Shown piece by piece: positions 38,701-52,100 of a stretch of DNA of 64,000 nucleotides. The position numbers were made by a program, and so were the translations under genes. How positions within the stretch are numbered: position 1 is the first letter of the stretch; the number at the start of each line of letters is the position of its first letter. Origin of the DNA: Ramazzottius varieornatus. Its lineage: Eukaryota > Animalia > Tardigrada. Below the pieces are notes generated by a model, which ran no database searches, had not been told where the DNA came from, and worked only from the letters and a program-made list of their open reading frames with translations. The stretch is taken from contig BDGG01000003.1 of the NCBI GenBank assembly GCA_001949185.1, positions 66,679 to 130,678 of the forward strand, written 5' to 3'.

Positions 38701-40106
38701 AAGAACGATCTGGTCGAGTATGATTGTTTTCCCAAGTGGCGCAGTTTCTCGGTGATATTGTCCCGAAGCGTGCGCAACTTGGAAAACAATCTTGTCATTG
38801 TTCTGCCGAGCTTCCAGCTGTTTTCTGTTTGTCTTGAAAACACTTTGTAAGTCTCTCTGACAGAAATAAGATGTTTTTTTGCAAACCAGCTATCTCTGTA
38901 GCGTTGTGAATTTCGGCCTTTTTTCTACAGGTAACATGTACCGACATTTCCGTCACAAGCATCCCGAGCACGTCTCCAAGCGTCGTCAGAAGCGCAACCT
39001 GCTGTCTGAAGACGCCGCCAAGCAGATCGACGACGTCCTGGACTCGGTCGTCAGTGTCGACCCGCCCACCAACCAGCCACTGCATTCCCTTCAGTCCATT
39101 CTGAGACTCAAAGAGGAAGAACCGACCTCTGATGTCGACGAGCATCTGGACGTGGGACGCGATGATCGCATGGAGGAGGAGGGCGAGGACGAAGGCGACT
39201 TCCATGTGGATGTGGACGATAGTGATGAGATGATGAACGAGGAGCACAGAGCTGATGGGGAGGGCGAAGGGGAAGAGTCGTCGGAGGTGAACTCGGAGAA
39301 GGCCAAGGAGAAGGCCAACTCGTACTCCATGTCGCCACATGTCCATGCTTGTCATGAATGTGGGCGGAAGTTCCCGTGGCAGAGCTCGCTGGAGCGACAT
39401 ATGTAAGACAACAGCCCGAATTTCTGTCTGGCTCTTCGAAAAAATTCAATCGAAAGGAGAGAAAAACGGTTTTCTGGATGAAAATCTAACGAAACTAACA
39501 AAGTGTTACATCAAATGTGTTTTATATGGTCTGCTTTAAGTATTTTTCTGCTTACTATTACTCAAAACTACTCAAAACGTTCTGGATATCCTGAAAAATA
39601 TCGAGGCAGTTGTCCAGAAAAATTTGATGGGTTCCTGAAGGTAAATTTGGTAGAGGGGAAAATTCACAACATATTCGAACAAATTAATTTTCTGTAAATT
39701 CTGGAAAAACTCAGCGAATTTTCTCTGTACTATCCTTATCATCTTCTTCTAAAGGTATACTCACACCGGACAGAAGCCCTACTCGTGCAAATGGTGCCCG
39801 TTGAAGTTCTCCATCAAGTCCAACTGCGAGCGGCACTGCATCCGCATTCACGGCAAGAGCTTTTCCGGCTCGGACAGCGGCTTCACATCCAACCCAGACG
39901 ACAAGGTGCCTCCGCCTCTCACCAAGAAGCGTTCCCGAAGCAAAGCGGTCCAACCATTCCCCTACCCATGCCGCGAGTGCAGTCTGGCCTTCGAGACCAT
40001 GCGGGACATGGAGCTGCACATGGAGAACAACCACATCAAACGTCACTACGACGACGACCGTGAAAGTGTCTCTTCCTACGGTGGAAGTTTGTGCGTCGAT
40101 GCTTGA
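35776..40106 (+). CDS. peb: Hindsight/pebbled (RREB1-family) multi-C2H2 zinc-finger transcription factor; first exon not located
   Basis: Diagnostic fingers SLERHMLTHTGQRPFPC..C...FTTNGNLLRHM and CGRKFPWQSSLERHILTHTGQKPYSCKWCPLKFSIKSNCERHC. CtBP-type ALDLT/PLDLS motifs. Exons about 35776-36077, 36525-37244, 37561-37891, 38129-38493, 38931-39402, 39754-40106. Confidence 0.88.
38651..38781. repeat. Spaced palindrome copies C and D (38651-38699, 38733-38781)
   Basis: CAAGTGGCGCA-N27-TGCGTCACTTG and CAAGTGGCGCA-N27-TGCGCAACTTG in peb intron 38494-38930. Confidence 0.85.
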
Positions 40107-41643
40107 TATAGAATACTGATATAGTTGTCCATAATAGAGCTTATTCGACTAGCTGTTATTTTCTTCTGGCATTTTCTTTTTCGCGGGTTATTTTTTCGTC
40201 CCTGATGTTAATTTTAGAGAGAGTTTACCGGGTTTGGGTGTTTTTATCACTATCTGTTTTGTCGAACGAGCGGACTTACTGGGTATTATTGTATCGCGGT
40301 CTTCTTGGCATATTTTAGTACTTCAGTAATCTTGAAAAATTCCGAGTTGGTTTTGGTCTTCCCTTCGCTCACAATATTCGACTGGAATCCATCGGTATTA
40401 TTCCTGTTTACTTTGCAATAATGGAATTTCTGCCGTAGAGATTTTATTGATGTTGACTCACGCTGTTCTTCGGAAAGGGAAGGGCCTTTTTGCATATTAT
40501 TACTTTACCGATAAACAAAGTAGGTTATAAAAGCCACATTTCTGATTTAGAGATCCTAAACGCCTCACGCGTCGACTGCGCAGCGTGAGTACCGGTAGGC
40601 TTTCCCGAACAGTTATGACTGCTATGCTGTACAAGTAATGTGCTCGTCTTCGGCTCGCTGTTCGATGTTCAATGGTGGCCTAGGTTGACGTACAGTCACG
40701 GGTCATCGCCACCCCATGGTCTTCGTTCGAAAATTCGGATCTTCTGCACCCATCGTCCGATTCCAAAAGTTCAAACGCTCTCATGTGGATAAACACCTTT
40801 AGCTTTCCGACCACGTGACACACTTGCCGCCTTCTCAAACAACCAACCGGCGAGCAGTGGTTGTAGAAACGCGGAAATAAGGGTCATTTTTGGCGCCTGC
40901 TCACACGTCACAGAATACAGATCGCGCTGGTGTCACATAGTAGCTGACCGAAGTTCATCAAACAAGTTGCAAACTTATCCAGCAGGAAACTAGTTACGAC
41001 GACCGACGATGAAAAGTGTAGGTTTGCGAGGTACGCTACTCCGAGTCTTGCATTCTAGGTTTTTGCTACAAGCATAGTGGACAATAAGTTTTCAACTAAA
41101 GGTTTTGCTAATCAACGAAAAATGCGTTTGCTGGTACCAGAATCCCTTTTGTGTTCGGTGGTACAGTATTTCCACGTTTTTGAACAGCCAGCAGGAGCTG
41201 CTAGTAGGTTGCAGGAAAATATCCAGGTGGGATGGTTGATCTTCGATTCAAAATTTTCCACTTTGGGAAAAGGCGATGTATTCCCGTTCTCAGTATGACA
41301 CGAAATCGAGGAAGGCTTGCGTTATGTGCTAAGGGATGTGTTAGTGTCCACTGATCAGACACTACTCGCTTGCAGCGCTGTTGATTTTCATTGGAATATA
41401 TCAGCAACGGAAAGCACGCGGGATATATCAACCTCGGGTTCATATGTGTCGGAGCGTCACAAAATCATAAAAATGTGCCTGAGAGCACATTCGATTACCA
41501 CTAGAGCAATAAAACGGGAGCAGAGTTTCCGTCCAACTTCGGTTGAATCCATATTACGTTCCCCTTTCAGCCAACACAAAACTCTCGATGGTATTACGGA
41601 AAGCAACTTCCCCCTCAACTGAGAATTTCTCAAAATTTTACTG

Positions 41644-43226
41644 ATGCTCAGAATGGGACTCTTTGTGGTCCAAGAGTATTTTCTCAGAGCCTGGGGCATT
41701 TTACCTGTCGATCTTAGCAAAGACTCATCTCAAACGAAGCAAAAATGTTTCAGTTGGGTCTCGCTCGTTCTCGGAGTCACTCTACTGCTGGGTTCATTCT
41801 ACCAAAGCGCAGTCCAGTGCGCCGTCGTTGTTTGTGGCATAATTTCGTCAGCCGGAGTGTTCAAGCTAACGAACAACGGCGACGCCACGCTCTTGACTGT
41901 CCTCGCCGATCTTCCCTTCTGCTGTATCCATCTACGAGGCTTTTTGGTCATCACTCTAACGTTCTTCAACCGACATAAGTGGATGGACCTCAAAGTCAGC
42001 TTCCGCCATCTGGTACAAACATCCTTCCCGAACGAAACACAACGGTTGAGAATCCTGGACAAATGGAAGAAACGTTCGGCCTGGTTCGCCGTGTTAACAT
42101 TCGTTGGCCATATCCTGTGGGAAAGCGGCGACTGGCTGTATTACAGCACAGTCTTCCCTCGAACTTACGCTATGAACGCCAGCAGTCTCTTGTCACCATT
42201 ACCGCTCAAAATTACAACGTGGCAGTACCTGATATTGTACACGTTATTTTGCATCGTTCCGTTCATTCTATCCCAACAAGTGTTCATCTGCTTGATCGTG
42301 ATGGCTGGAGTCTTGATGAATGCCTTGAAGGAACTGCGACATTCTATCGCGCAGTGCTCACATGAACTGCTGGAGAATAACTACAGGAAAACAACTTGCT
42401 GTTTTAAAGCACATGGAAGCTCGGCAAAATATGGGAATGTTTTAGATGAAATGATTGCGGAGAAAGTCAACATGTGGCAAATAAGACATATGGAAACATT
42501 GGTGTTCTTACGACAGCTGAATAAATTTTTCAATTGGATGCTGTTCGTAATTTATGGATTGGACTTTATGACGTGCCTCGGGTTTGCAGCACATGTGGCA
42601 AACAACACCAGCACGGTCATTGAATCGCATGTGTTCCTCCTGTTCAGTGCCTTTGTCTTTGCCGCGTATGCTACGGTTTTCTTGATCCCGCTCGTCGCGG
42701 TCTTCGAGCACGTAAGTCATTCTTCAGAGACAGGCAGATAAACTGTAAGCATTTTCTAAAGCATGCGTTTACAGAGCTACAAACTTCCATTTGCGCTGCA
42801 CCAACTCTCAGCCCAGCTGAAGCCGACATATGACAGATATGGCTTGGGTCCACACTTCGGATTCGGTTTGGATTACAAACCACAGGTGGGGCCAACATTT
42901 TGAAAACATGCATGGTGGTCTAAAACAATATACTGTTTATCGTAGGGGGAGGGGGTGCTTGAACAGGTGGAACGCTTTGAGCGGTCTTGCTCGAGATACG
43001 ACTGCACGATTGAAGGAGGAGGCTTGTTTGTTTGCACTAGAGGTTTACTGGTCGGGGTACGTGGCTCTAGGAACTATTTTTTCCCGTCATCGAGCCGATT
43101 CTTTCGTTTATATTCTTGCAGACGTTGACTTTGACACTGTCGCTGGTCGTCCTGATCAAGGAGTTCGTCGAAAAATCAGAAAGCCGAAAGGATTGTCCCG
43201 GCGCCGGACCTAAATCTTCAGGATGA
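41644..43226 (+). CDS. Gustatory receptor-like (GR/Grl) 7TM chemoreceptor
   Basis: Long first exon (41644-42711) with multiple TM helices, then three phase-0 introns and exons 42775-42885, 42967-43056, 43122-43226. IEGGGLFVCTRGLL and TLSLVVLIKEF match the GR C-terminal pattern. Confidence 0.8.
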
Positions 43227-44912
43227 TCAATCTTGGTTGGCTGGTCGTTTGTCCTTATATGGTCTGAATCAAGTGGGCCCTAGGTTATGCAGGTTTTCGT
43301 CAAATAAACGAAATGAGATCTGGTGCGCTGATGAAGTGCAAACAAGTGTTTTATTGATTCGACAAAACGTTGACAAACATTTTGACGTTTGAACAACATG
43401 AAAAAAAACAGCTGTGCACAGCGCATTTTTACACTTTCCAGTTTTTGGACAAAGTCCACTGATTGTTTCACGTTATGCAGAGTCCGGGGATAGTATTAAG
43501 CCCCTACCACTGGAATTTCGGTTTTTTGGACACATAGTTTAAAAATTCATATCGCTGGAACGCTTCCACCTTTCCTCTGGTTGTTTGAGACACATGATGC
43601 CTCAACTCTCTTTTCTCGAGATAGCAGTAATCTGCCCATTGCAGTTGTTCCCAGCAGTTTCTAGAAAAGTTCTAACTTATCGCAGAATTTTGTAAAAATT
43701 TTGAAAAATAAGTTTACTGTATGGACCACTGCTATTCGCCTGGTTAGGGTAAAAATGCGAGCAGTGTGAGAAACAATAGCGAGAATATACTTCCGAAAGC
43801 AGGCAAAAGTTTTGGTACGCATGTTTTTTCCAGAAAATTAGTCGGCTGCAAGATTACACCCAAAAAGCCAAGAGTTTTCAAAGATAGCAAGTGTCGCCCA
43901 AGGCTCCTCGGTGAACAATTCTCTCCAAATCTAAAGTGGTGCTGGAAGACACATCAGCAGCATCCGCTCACACAAAATCTGAAGGATCGGTCAAAGCCGT
44001 GAGACAGGAAAATCCAAAAATCGAATACCTCCAAACTTGCGCACCTCGAACAATTTTCTGTGGACCACCTGCGGACCACCCAAATCGAAAAGCTGGATTT
44101 AGTTTCGGTGAATTTGGGTAAATCACACTTATCCCATCTTTACCCACCAGTATCGACCAGTTAAAGAAAGGCGGAACTGACTCCCACCTCGTATTTTGAA
44201 AGCCCAAAATCGGGTGATGCAAAAGCAGTTAAACTATGGTTAAAGAAACGAAATTTCATACGTAAATGCCCCATGCAAGCCATACATTATTTTTCATCCA
44301 ATTGTTCTTTTCTGCAGTTCTGTTCCGCCCGTGAGGGGGCGGGGCAATCAACTAAACAAAGAAACCAGGAACCAGTCTGGAATCTGCGAACGTTAAAATC
44401 TCCAAATGTCATCCTCTTAGTGCGAGGGACGTTTCCGCATGCTTCTTGTTTCGAGGATTTTACGAGCCTCCGTTTCAACGTACAGTCCGCTCGCTCGAAA
44501 TCCGTACAAAATTCTCCGATGTCAAAACACAAAAATCATTCTGAATAAACGATACCGCTCGCATGACCACTACAGCCGATACCTGCGACTTGATTGCTTC
44601 ATTGCATCAGTTGGAGCACCGGACAATGTATGTGGTATGTGGTTTCGGCCTGTAGCTCGGCCTACTGCGCGGTGACTGTTTACCAGACCTTAAATTGAAA
44701 TCGGAAAGTTATGTACGGATTTCGGGCGAGGTTACTGTATTACGTTTTGACTTGAATGGAATTTTTCCATGACATACCACGCTGCAAGCGAGGTGAAGGT
44801 GAGCGAACAGCTTGTAAGTGATGCAGTGTACGCCAATTTGATCACTCGGTACAAGCATCTCAAGGTAAGCAAGTGCATACGTGATGTGCATCGACGGTAC
44901 AATCTGACAAAT

Positions 44913-46172
44913 TCAATAATCACGCCGATCGATGTCAACCTTTTGCTTTCGGCACACCCAACGGTTCACATCCATGATCGGGAACAACTTGTACACTTCG
45001 CGTTTGAGATCTGGCAGAAAAGCCAAATAGACAAACGGATCCGCCAGAAGGATGGTAACTCCGAGCACGTATGCGAATCCAAATAAGTCTGTCGTACAAG
45101 CCGGTTCCGGTCGAACACCTTTCAGCACTATCAGCACCGTGATGGGAAGCCACAGGGACATCTGGATTCCCAACATGACCAGTACCAACGTGTTGGTTGA
45201 TTCTTCTTCTTCACGTCTTCGCGAGCGTCCCTTCCTCCCACCATCGTGTGGTTGGGAAGATGGTTCAAACCGCGAAGTCGGGCCTGCAGTGGAACCGTTG
45301 GTTCGGCTAAAGTCGACCGCAGTCGCGGCGGAAGTGGAGAATCTGCTTCTGGTAATCGTTCCACCTGACGATTAAAACCCCTTTTGACGTCAGAATTCGT
45401 ACAAAGGATCAATAAACCAACTCGTGATCAAAGTTATAAGCCTTACTGCCGCACCTTGGACTGTAAGCTTTTTCCGTCTTCGCCGTATGAGGTGCAGAAT
45501 CAGTGGGTAAGAACAGTACACGAAGAACTCCGGAATCCAGAAGATCATTGTGATAGCCACAAACAAGTATGGGCGTGGTCGTGGCGCATCGCATAGTCTT
45601 CTCAGCCAACGTCCGCTTTCGAAGCTTTCAGCTGCATCCCAGCTAACGTCATTAACGAACATCGGCAGAAACCATGCGTGGAAATACCCGATGACGAAGA
45701 TCGTTGCGGCTACACCATGGTAGATTTTTTTCTCTCGGTAAACGATGGGAGCGTAAAGTGCCAGCCACCGGTCGACGCAGATGATTGTGTGCTGCAGGAC
45801 GATGAGAGCGGTAACGATCCATGTGAAATATTGATACAGCGCACAGAAGGGAGTATAGTGCAGAAAGGTCGAATCGTACTCGCGATAAATCAACATAGGG
45901 CCCAAAGTAAGCACCGAGCCGAGGTCAATGAGAATCAGATTGACCACGTGGATCGTGAAGGGTGTGATGAGACGACGGACTTTGAAGAAGGTGAAAACAA
46001 TAGAGAGGTTTAGACATGCTGCAAACAGCTTAGCTACGGCTCCGATAGGAGTGAAGAGATGTTTCAGAAGGGATGGCATACATGGAACATCGTCCGACTC
46101 GAGATCATAATGAGCTGTTTGATTTACGGTGACACCTTGTGAGATGTTCGAAAAATTGCTAAAAGTGAACAT
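44913..46172 (-). CDS. Class A (rhodopsin-like) GPCR, one intron 45365-45454
   Basis: N-glycosylation sites at the N-terminus, TM2 NLILID, TM3 ICVDRWLAL, TM6 WLP, TM7 DPFVY. A phase-1 intron in the third intracellular loop joins ORFs 45390-46181 and 44913-45188. Confidence 0.85.
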
Positions 46173-47295
46173 GCCTCGCAATCTATGACGGGCTGCGGTA
46201 TGCGAAGCAAAAAGAAATACGGTATTGCTGCGACAAATATATGTAGAAATGTTTATAGCTGACGGAAAAGATTAATCAACTGGAATTTAAGTTGAAGACA
46301 CAAGCGTGTTCACAGAAAAAAGATGAACACCAGGTAACGCATCGCCAACCGCGTGCCAGCCAAATTGATACCGGAACCCTTCACTGAACCATTAAATACC
46401 TTAGAATTGCACATTTCCTGGCTGAAATAAGGAGTTTAATTCATGAAAGTCTCCAATTGGCACGCACCCCGCTCATCGAGGTCCGTCCGCGGTTAGAGGC
46501 TTCGGTTCCTTCCCAGGCATCGCCGATAATCTGTCATGTTCAAGAAGGAACCATGTCGCCGCAACGTTGGTATTCACTCAACGAAGAAGTTTAGTTTGAT
46601 CATAATGGAGGCCATTAAGCACACCGTAGCACGCCATAATCGAGACTGACCGGTCGAATCAGGTAATAACCTGCGTGGTCATTTCATATTTCGTGCAATT
46701 GAGCATGAACGGGATATGATGCAGGAAACACTTTGAACAATTCGTTGGTTGTTTATGGCAATTAGTAAGATAAGTAGATTCATGGTCTTCTCTGGCGCAC
46801 ATCTAATGTTACTACACGAGTTATGGTATACGCGAGTTATGGTCCACGAGTGAAGCTGGAATTTTTAGGCAATAACTCATCGTGGGACATAACTTGACTC
46901 CACTCATCTCCGGTCTTGTCGCCGCCCAAGTCGTTTTGCTTCTTGTCCAACTCGAAATTTCGTCTGTGCCGAGTCGAACTGCGACTCGCACCGAGTCACC
47001 GCTTGGGAAGTCTAGCCTCGTTTGTGGCCCTTAAGTCGCGATTTTGCACGTGAAGTCTGAATTGATTTGCCCAGTGTCCATATGACTAACTGGCATCAAA
47101 AGCCAGCATCGATATGTTGGTGGGCAGGTCTGTTGACAAATAAAACATGTGGCTTGCCACGACCAGTAGGAACCGGACCTGTAACAAGTGCACCAGTGAC
47201 AATAGAAAACAGCAATTTCCCATTCAGGCAGCAGTGTTGTCTCCAGTTCCAGTCCCTCATTTAGTTTCAGTTTTCGTCGGACTGGAATCAATGTA

Positions 47296-47855
47296 CACGC
47301 GCGAAGGGAAAGTTTGGCGCAGTAAAAAGTTTGGATCAGGCGGAAAAGACGGCAAATTTAGATTTTATATGCAAGCAAGAGACAGAAACCAACTGTATGA
47401 CGTAAAGTAGTAGATTTCACTGCAGTGGAAACTACCGTAAACATTGGTACAGTGTACTGTATTAGCTGTTAGTCTTCTGAATGGATCCCGTAAGTTCATC
47501 GTTTGTTTTCGTGTCCAGAAATCAGCCGGTGTTCATGCTTCCATTTTGGCTAGCTTTTCGAGTATGTCTCAACAGTTTAAAACCAAGAGGCCTTGACGGT
47601 ACAGCGAGGAAGACTTGAAACGAGCGCTTTCTGCTGTCGAGAATGGTACTGGACATCGTGAAGCTGCTCGTCTCTACAACGAAGCCAGTAAAAGCGTCAC
47701 GCTTCTAGCCGCTCGTTTCGAAACCCATCACGTACGTACGGCAGTAAGGCCAGTTATGCTGTTTTCTACATGCAGCAAAAAGCACCTGTCCGTGCCGCCG
47801 TAGCGAAACGGCCTGATCAAACTTTCTACTGCGCCAAACTTTCCCTCCGCGCGTG
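47296..47855 (+). mobile_element. Internally deleted pogo/Tigger-like element retaining an HTH_psq transposase N-terminus (about 47564-47680)
   Basis: TIRs CACGCGCGRAGGGAAAGTTTGGCGCAGTARAAAGTTTG, TA TSD. Peptide MSQQFKTKRP*RYSEEDLKRALSAVENGTGHREAARLYN is a pipsqueak-type HTH. Confidence 0.85.
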
Positions 47856-48311
47856 TAGTTTCACGGTATATCAGTCTCGTAACACCAAACTCCTTCAGAT
47901 CCATTTACATATTACTCTCAGCTAGACTGGTATATTTCAGTCTCCCGACATTTAGTTTCAGTCTTTCGACGGCCAACTTAGTCTCTAAAATCTGAGTTTC
48001 AGTCTCGAGACTAAAACTGAACCTTCAACCATATCAGTTTCAGTCCTAGTCTTCTGAAGCTCTTGTTTTCGTCTAGATCAGTTTTCGTCCCAGGCATCTC
48101 GGTTCCAGCCCTTGTGTTTTTATTTCAGTCTCTTTGTCGTAAGTTTTATTCCCTCAGTTTTCGTTGCTCAGTTTGCTTTTGATGCCCTGATTGACCGATC
48201 TAGCGCGGCTTCGTGAAGCGTAAAATCGTAAAAACAGCAGCCAAAACCTCCGTGTGAACTTGAACATTACACTGTAGATTTGGTTTCGTTGGGTTAAGTT
48301 AAACGTGAATA

Positions 48312-48849
48312 CGAGGAGCGAGGTCTTACTTTACTCACAAACTATGCTTAGTTTGTCCAATTCGAAATTCGGACTTTGATTTGCTCGAATACCCGAGGTC
48401 TGACCGAATACAAACAGGTTACTGGAGCCGCCATCTTTAAACGCCCACTTTAAGCACCCTTCTAACAAGAATTTTCATTTCGAGTTATTTAAATAATTCG
48501 GTGCGTTATCCGGTTGGGAATCGGATCATCCCGATAGGTGGTCCATCCGTCCATCAACCATCCGGATGGAGATTCCTTCCATCCATCCGCTCACGCATCC
48601 GTTTAACCATTCAACTATCCATTAACCATCCATCAACAACCCTAGACTTGGCCCGGATTGCATTTTGTGCCCTCTACAGCAAGCGTGCTTCCTATTATCG
48701 AAAGAACTTCCCGAATGAAATCCACTTTGGAATTTCTTCTGTCGTGATCTTTCATGGGAATCTTGGGAGCGGACGGTTTCCGAGAAAATCTTCAGTGGGT
48801 CAAGTATTCGCCAGTTCAGAAAACGGACAAAGTTAGGCCTCGCTCCTCG
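48312..48849. mobile_element. Mariner-like MITE
   Basis: TIRs CGAGGAGCGAGGYCTWACTTT, TA TSD (48310-48311, 48850-48851). Internal CCAT-rich low-complexity tract. Confidence 0.75.
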
Positions 48850-48987
48850 TACATTAATTGATGTAGTTTAACAGTTCGCACACTTGTGAATCACGGTTAA
48901 CATCGCAGCCAAACAGCACGAAGAGGTGTTCTTCGAGTGAACACGGGACTGACCTTTGGTCAAGCTCGTGACGCTGACCTTGCCTAT

Positions 48988-49184
48988 TCAGGCCGAGCGA
49001 AGCGAGGCCCTTTTAAGTCTACTGAGACTTCAATGGCGATCAGCTTGTTCGAGCTTTCAGATATCGTAACCTCTGTACTGAAAACAAGTGCGCAACTTGA
49101 TCCGAGTAGCAGAAGTTTTTACTCGCAAAACTTGTGCTTCTTTGCTTCTGTTCGGCCTTCCCAGTGGTCAGAACCACTAGCTAG
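48988..49184 (+). mobile_element. Short non-autonomous Helitron/Helentron-like element, copy 2
   Basis: TCAGGCCGAGCGAAGCGAGGCC...TCGGCCTTCCCAGTGGTCAGAACCACTAGCTAG; same termini as 20137-20301. Confidence 0.65.
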
Positions 49185-52100
49185 TTTTATGTTACTTTTG
49201 TAACCTCTCCAGCCACCTGTGGTTTTTCACGCATTCGTGTCTATGACGTCTTTCAGTTTTTACGCATGTGGGTATCTCCATACGAGAATGCGTCCGAAGT
49301 ATTCTGCGTCCGAATCCGCGCTTTATGACATCAAGTTGTTTGAAATATTGAACTGTAACGAAGGTTCAGTTTGCTGCACTTTGCTGCGGTCATAAAGTCA
49401 GAACCAGTGGCTGAAAGATTTGAGGATACCTTCGGAAAAACGCAGGGGTGTTAAAAGCCGGTCTTAACACGAGCAACGCGCTCCAGTGTGAGACGCGCAC
49501 TAGCGAGCACTTTCGGTGCACGTCGTCTCTGCACCGTCGGTATATGATTTGTTGGTTAAAAACTTAATAACTGCGCACAGCCCATACAACCGATCCGCGT
49601 GCTGATTGTGCACTAGACGGGAATTCGGTGCTTCCACCTTGTTCTTCCTAACTTTCTAATCTGCGGTCGAAACTTCATTTTGCCCTCAGATTTATTTTTC
49701 TCAGAGTCTGTTTGATGTAAATGCAAGTCCCCTCTAAGTTTGCCCTTGGCGTCCGAAAACTTTAAAATGGTCTCCTGAACAATTCGGTCATTGATATTAG
49801 TTAAAATTAGATTGGTCGTCACCAGAAGTTTAGGTTACCATGGGTTTAGGAAAAGTTAGGAACTGTTCTATTCAGCAACGACAAGAGACCGATGTCACTT
49901 TATTATTCTCACCAAAAACCAGGATGGTAAACTGCGGTTTGCGGAACGGAGTAAAGTTCCACTTCAACGTCTTGATTCTTACGACGCGCCGTTCTCGACT
50001 TCGAGTTCACTGAAGAACTGCAGCAATGTCTGTTGGCCAAGTGGCTCGTTCTCGAGATTTACGGTGCTTCTGAGTCGTCACCTCATGTCATCGTCTTGAT
50101 TGTCTCACTGCACTGACCTTCACTTTCCATGAATAGCACCAAGGTGAAATTTAGACTAAAATAGCATCGTTTCAATCACTATACACAGAAACCGTTCGGA
50201 GGAACAGCATGGAATGACCATCTGAAGCGTTAAGTCGGAAAAGACCGCTATATAAAATATGACTGTAGTTCTGGAGGTTCAAACTTGCGATTCTCATCAC
50301 TGTACCTTAGTAACACAAAACCTGATCCTTAAAGTTGGTGACAGTAGTAGGAACCTTGGTCGAGGTGAACTTGGGATCCCCCTTGCTCTTCTGTCAACAG
50401 TCCTCGACGACACCTCATGCAGCAAACAACTGCACCACAATGCAGGCATTCTCATAAACATCCATGTTCCTGATAAGCTGGATGAACCCTAAAGAAGCGC
50501 TGCAACCAAAGGACTAGAAAACTCACGGTCTGAACAGAGAGGTCGACGAAGATGTCGAAACGGATGTGGTGAATCTACTGTATTCAAGCCATTCTGACAC
50601 TCGTGGCATACCACGCCACTTCTGAAGAGGTAGCGATAAGACTTGGTTGATACGCCAACAGTTTCTGACACTCACCACGTGGCTGCGGCTTGCATACGGA
50701 TTGCGAAGCATTCACTATCTTCTACTGTAACCTCTGGGTCCGTTGTCTTCACATTAGATAAGAATCGACGTTCATATAAACCAGCTCACGAGGGCAATAG
50801 GTGTCTTCAGTCTCGCAGACCTATGTGGATTGAATCGATTTAGCAAGCGACTTGCCAAATTTCACGTTCGAGATACATTTGTACCAAAGTGTCTACTAAT
50901 ATTTCTTCGTTCCAAAGTGTCTACTACTGCGCCTCTCGTATTCTCTGTAGAGATACCATAAACAACTCGAGGGCTGGTTATCTCGAAAGTAAAATTAGCT
51001 TCTCTCATGCACACTTGACTCAAAATTTCAAAATTTCATTTCTCAGCTGATTTCGATCCCCCTGCTTCTAATCGCGAGATATCTTTCCGCGGTTGGGATT
51101 CTCGATATCTACAGTATTATCTTCGAGTATATGAGAGAAAGAGAGTAGTCAGAAAGAAAGTCACGAGTTTCAGCCCAAACTCGCGCATTTCTGGTCCGTT
51201 ACTACGCGCTGTTTTCGAAATCGCGATTTTTCTCGCACTCACGTTTGATTCGAGTAGATCAAACTAATTCAGCAAGCAGTTTTCTGCTTCAACAGGTTTC
51301 GCGAGCAAGAGTGAAGACACCTGTTATTTCAGAACGAGACCTTAAATATTCTTCTGTATCCACCAACGTGTCTGATGGTAAGGCCTCGAACTTCCAGCGG
51401 CGCTCCATGGCAACCATTCATGTTACGACTTCGTTTAGCGGAAATGTGTTCGAATATCCATCTTACGTAGGGGAACTCCGACATCCTCGTTTACAGAGCA
51501 CCGACGGTCCGGCACTCACAAGTCACAACGCTGCATTCCGCGGCAATAAAAAAATTAAAAGCAAGAATGTGTTGGATATGGACTACAACCAACTGATATC
51601 ACAGTCATCGAAATAGCGAGCAGCGAAAACACAGCAGAATATCGAAATTGGTATACTGCAGTACTTTGCAATCAGCTCTCGTCTTCCGGCTAGTGTTCCT
51701 CCCTCCAGTGTATTTTTAGAATTTGGTCACTTGTTGAGCGGTGAGATCTTCTGAAATGTTAAGTAATAATGGCGTGAACAAGTCGATTTCAGAGCATAAT
51801 TCGACACGGTATAACAGTTTATGGACCATGTAGAATTGATCACTACGATATGTTTAAAGTATCCCTGCAGGAACAAGCCTTTTTTAGTTTATTACTACTT
51901 GAGTAATTTACCACGAGTGCAGTCTTGTGGACACGACTGCTGATCCAAAGCTTGACCCTGTCGGGATGCATTTCCGACATTAGTCCTCCTCACGATGGGC
52001 TGTTAAAGTTGGTGGATTGTGTTGGTTTAGAAGTGGATTACCAAATTTCGGTTTCTAGATAAACAGCCCTCGAGGCTCGAGCAGCTTGTTTAGAAAGCGA

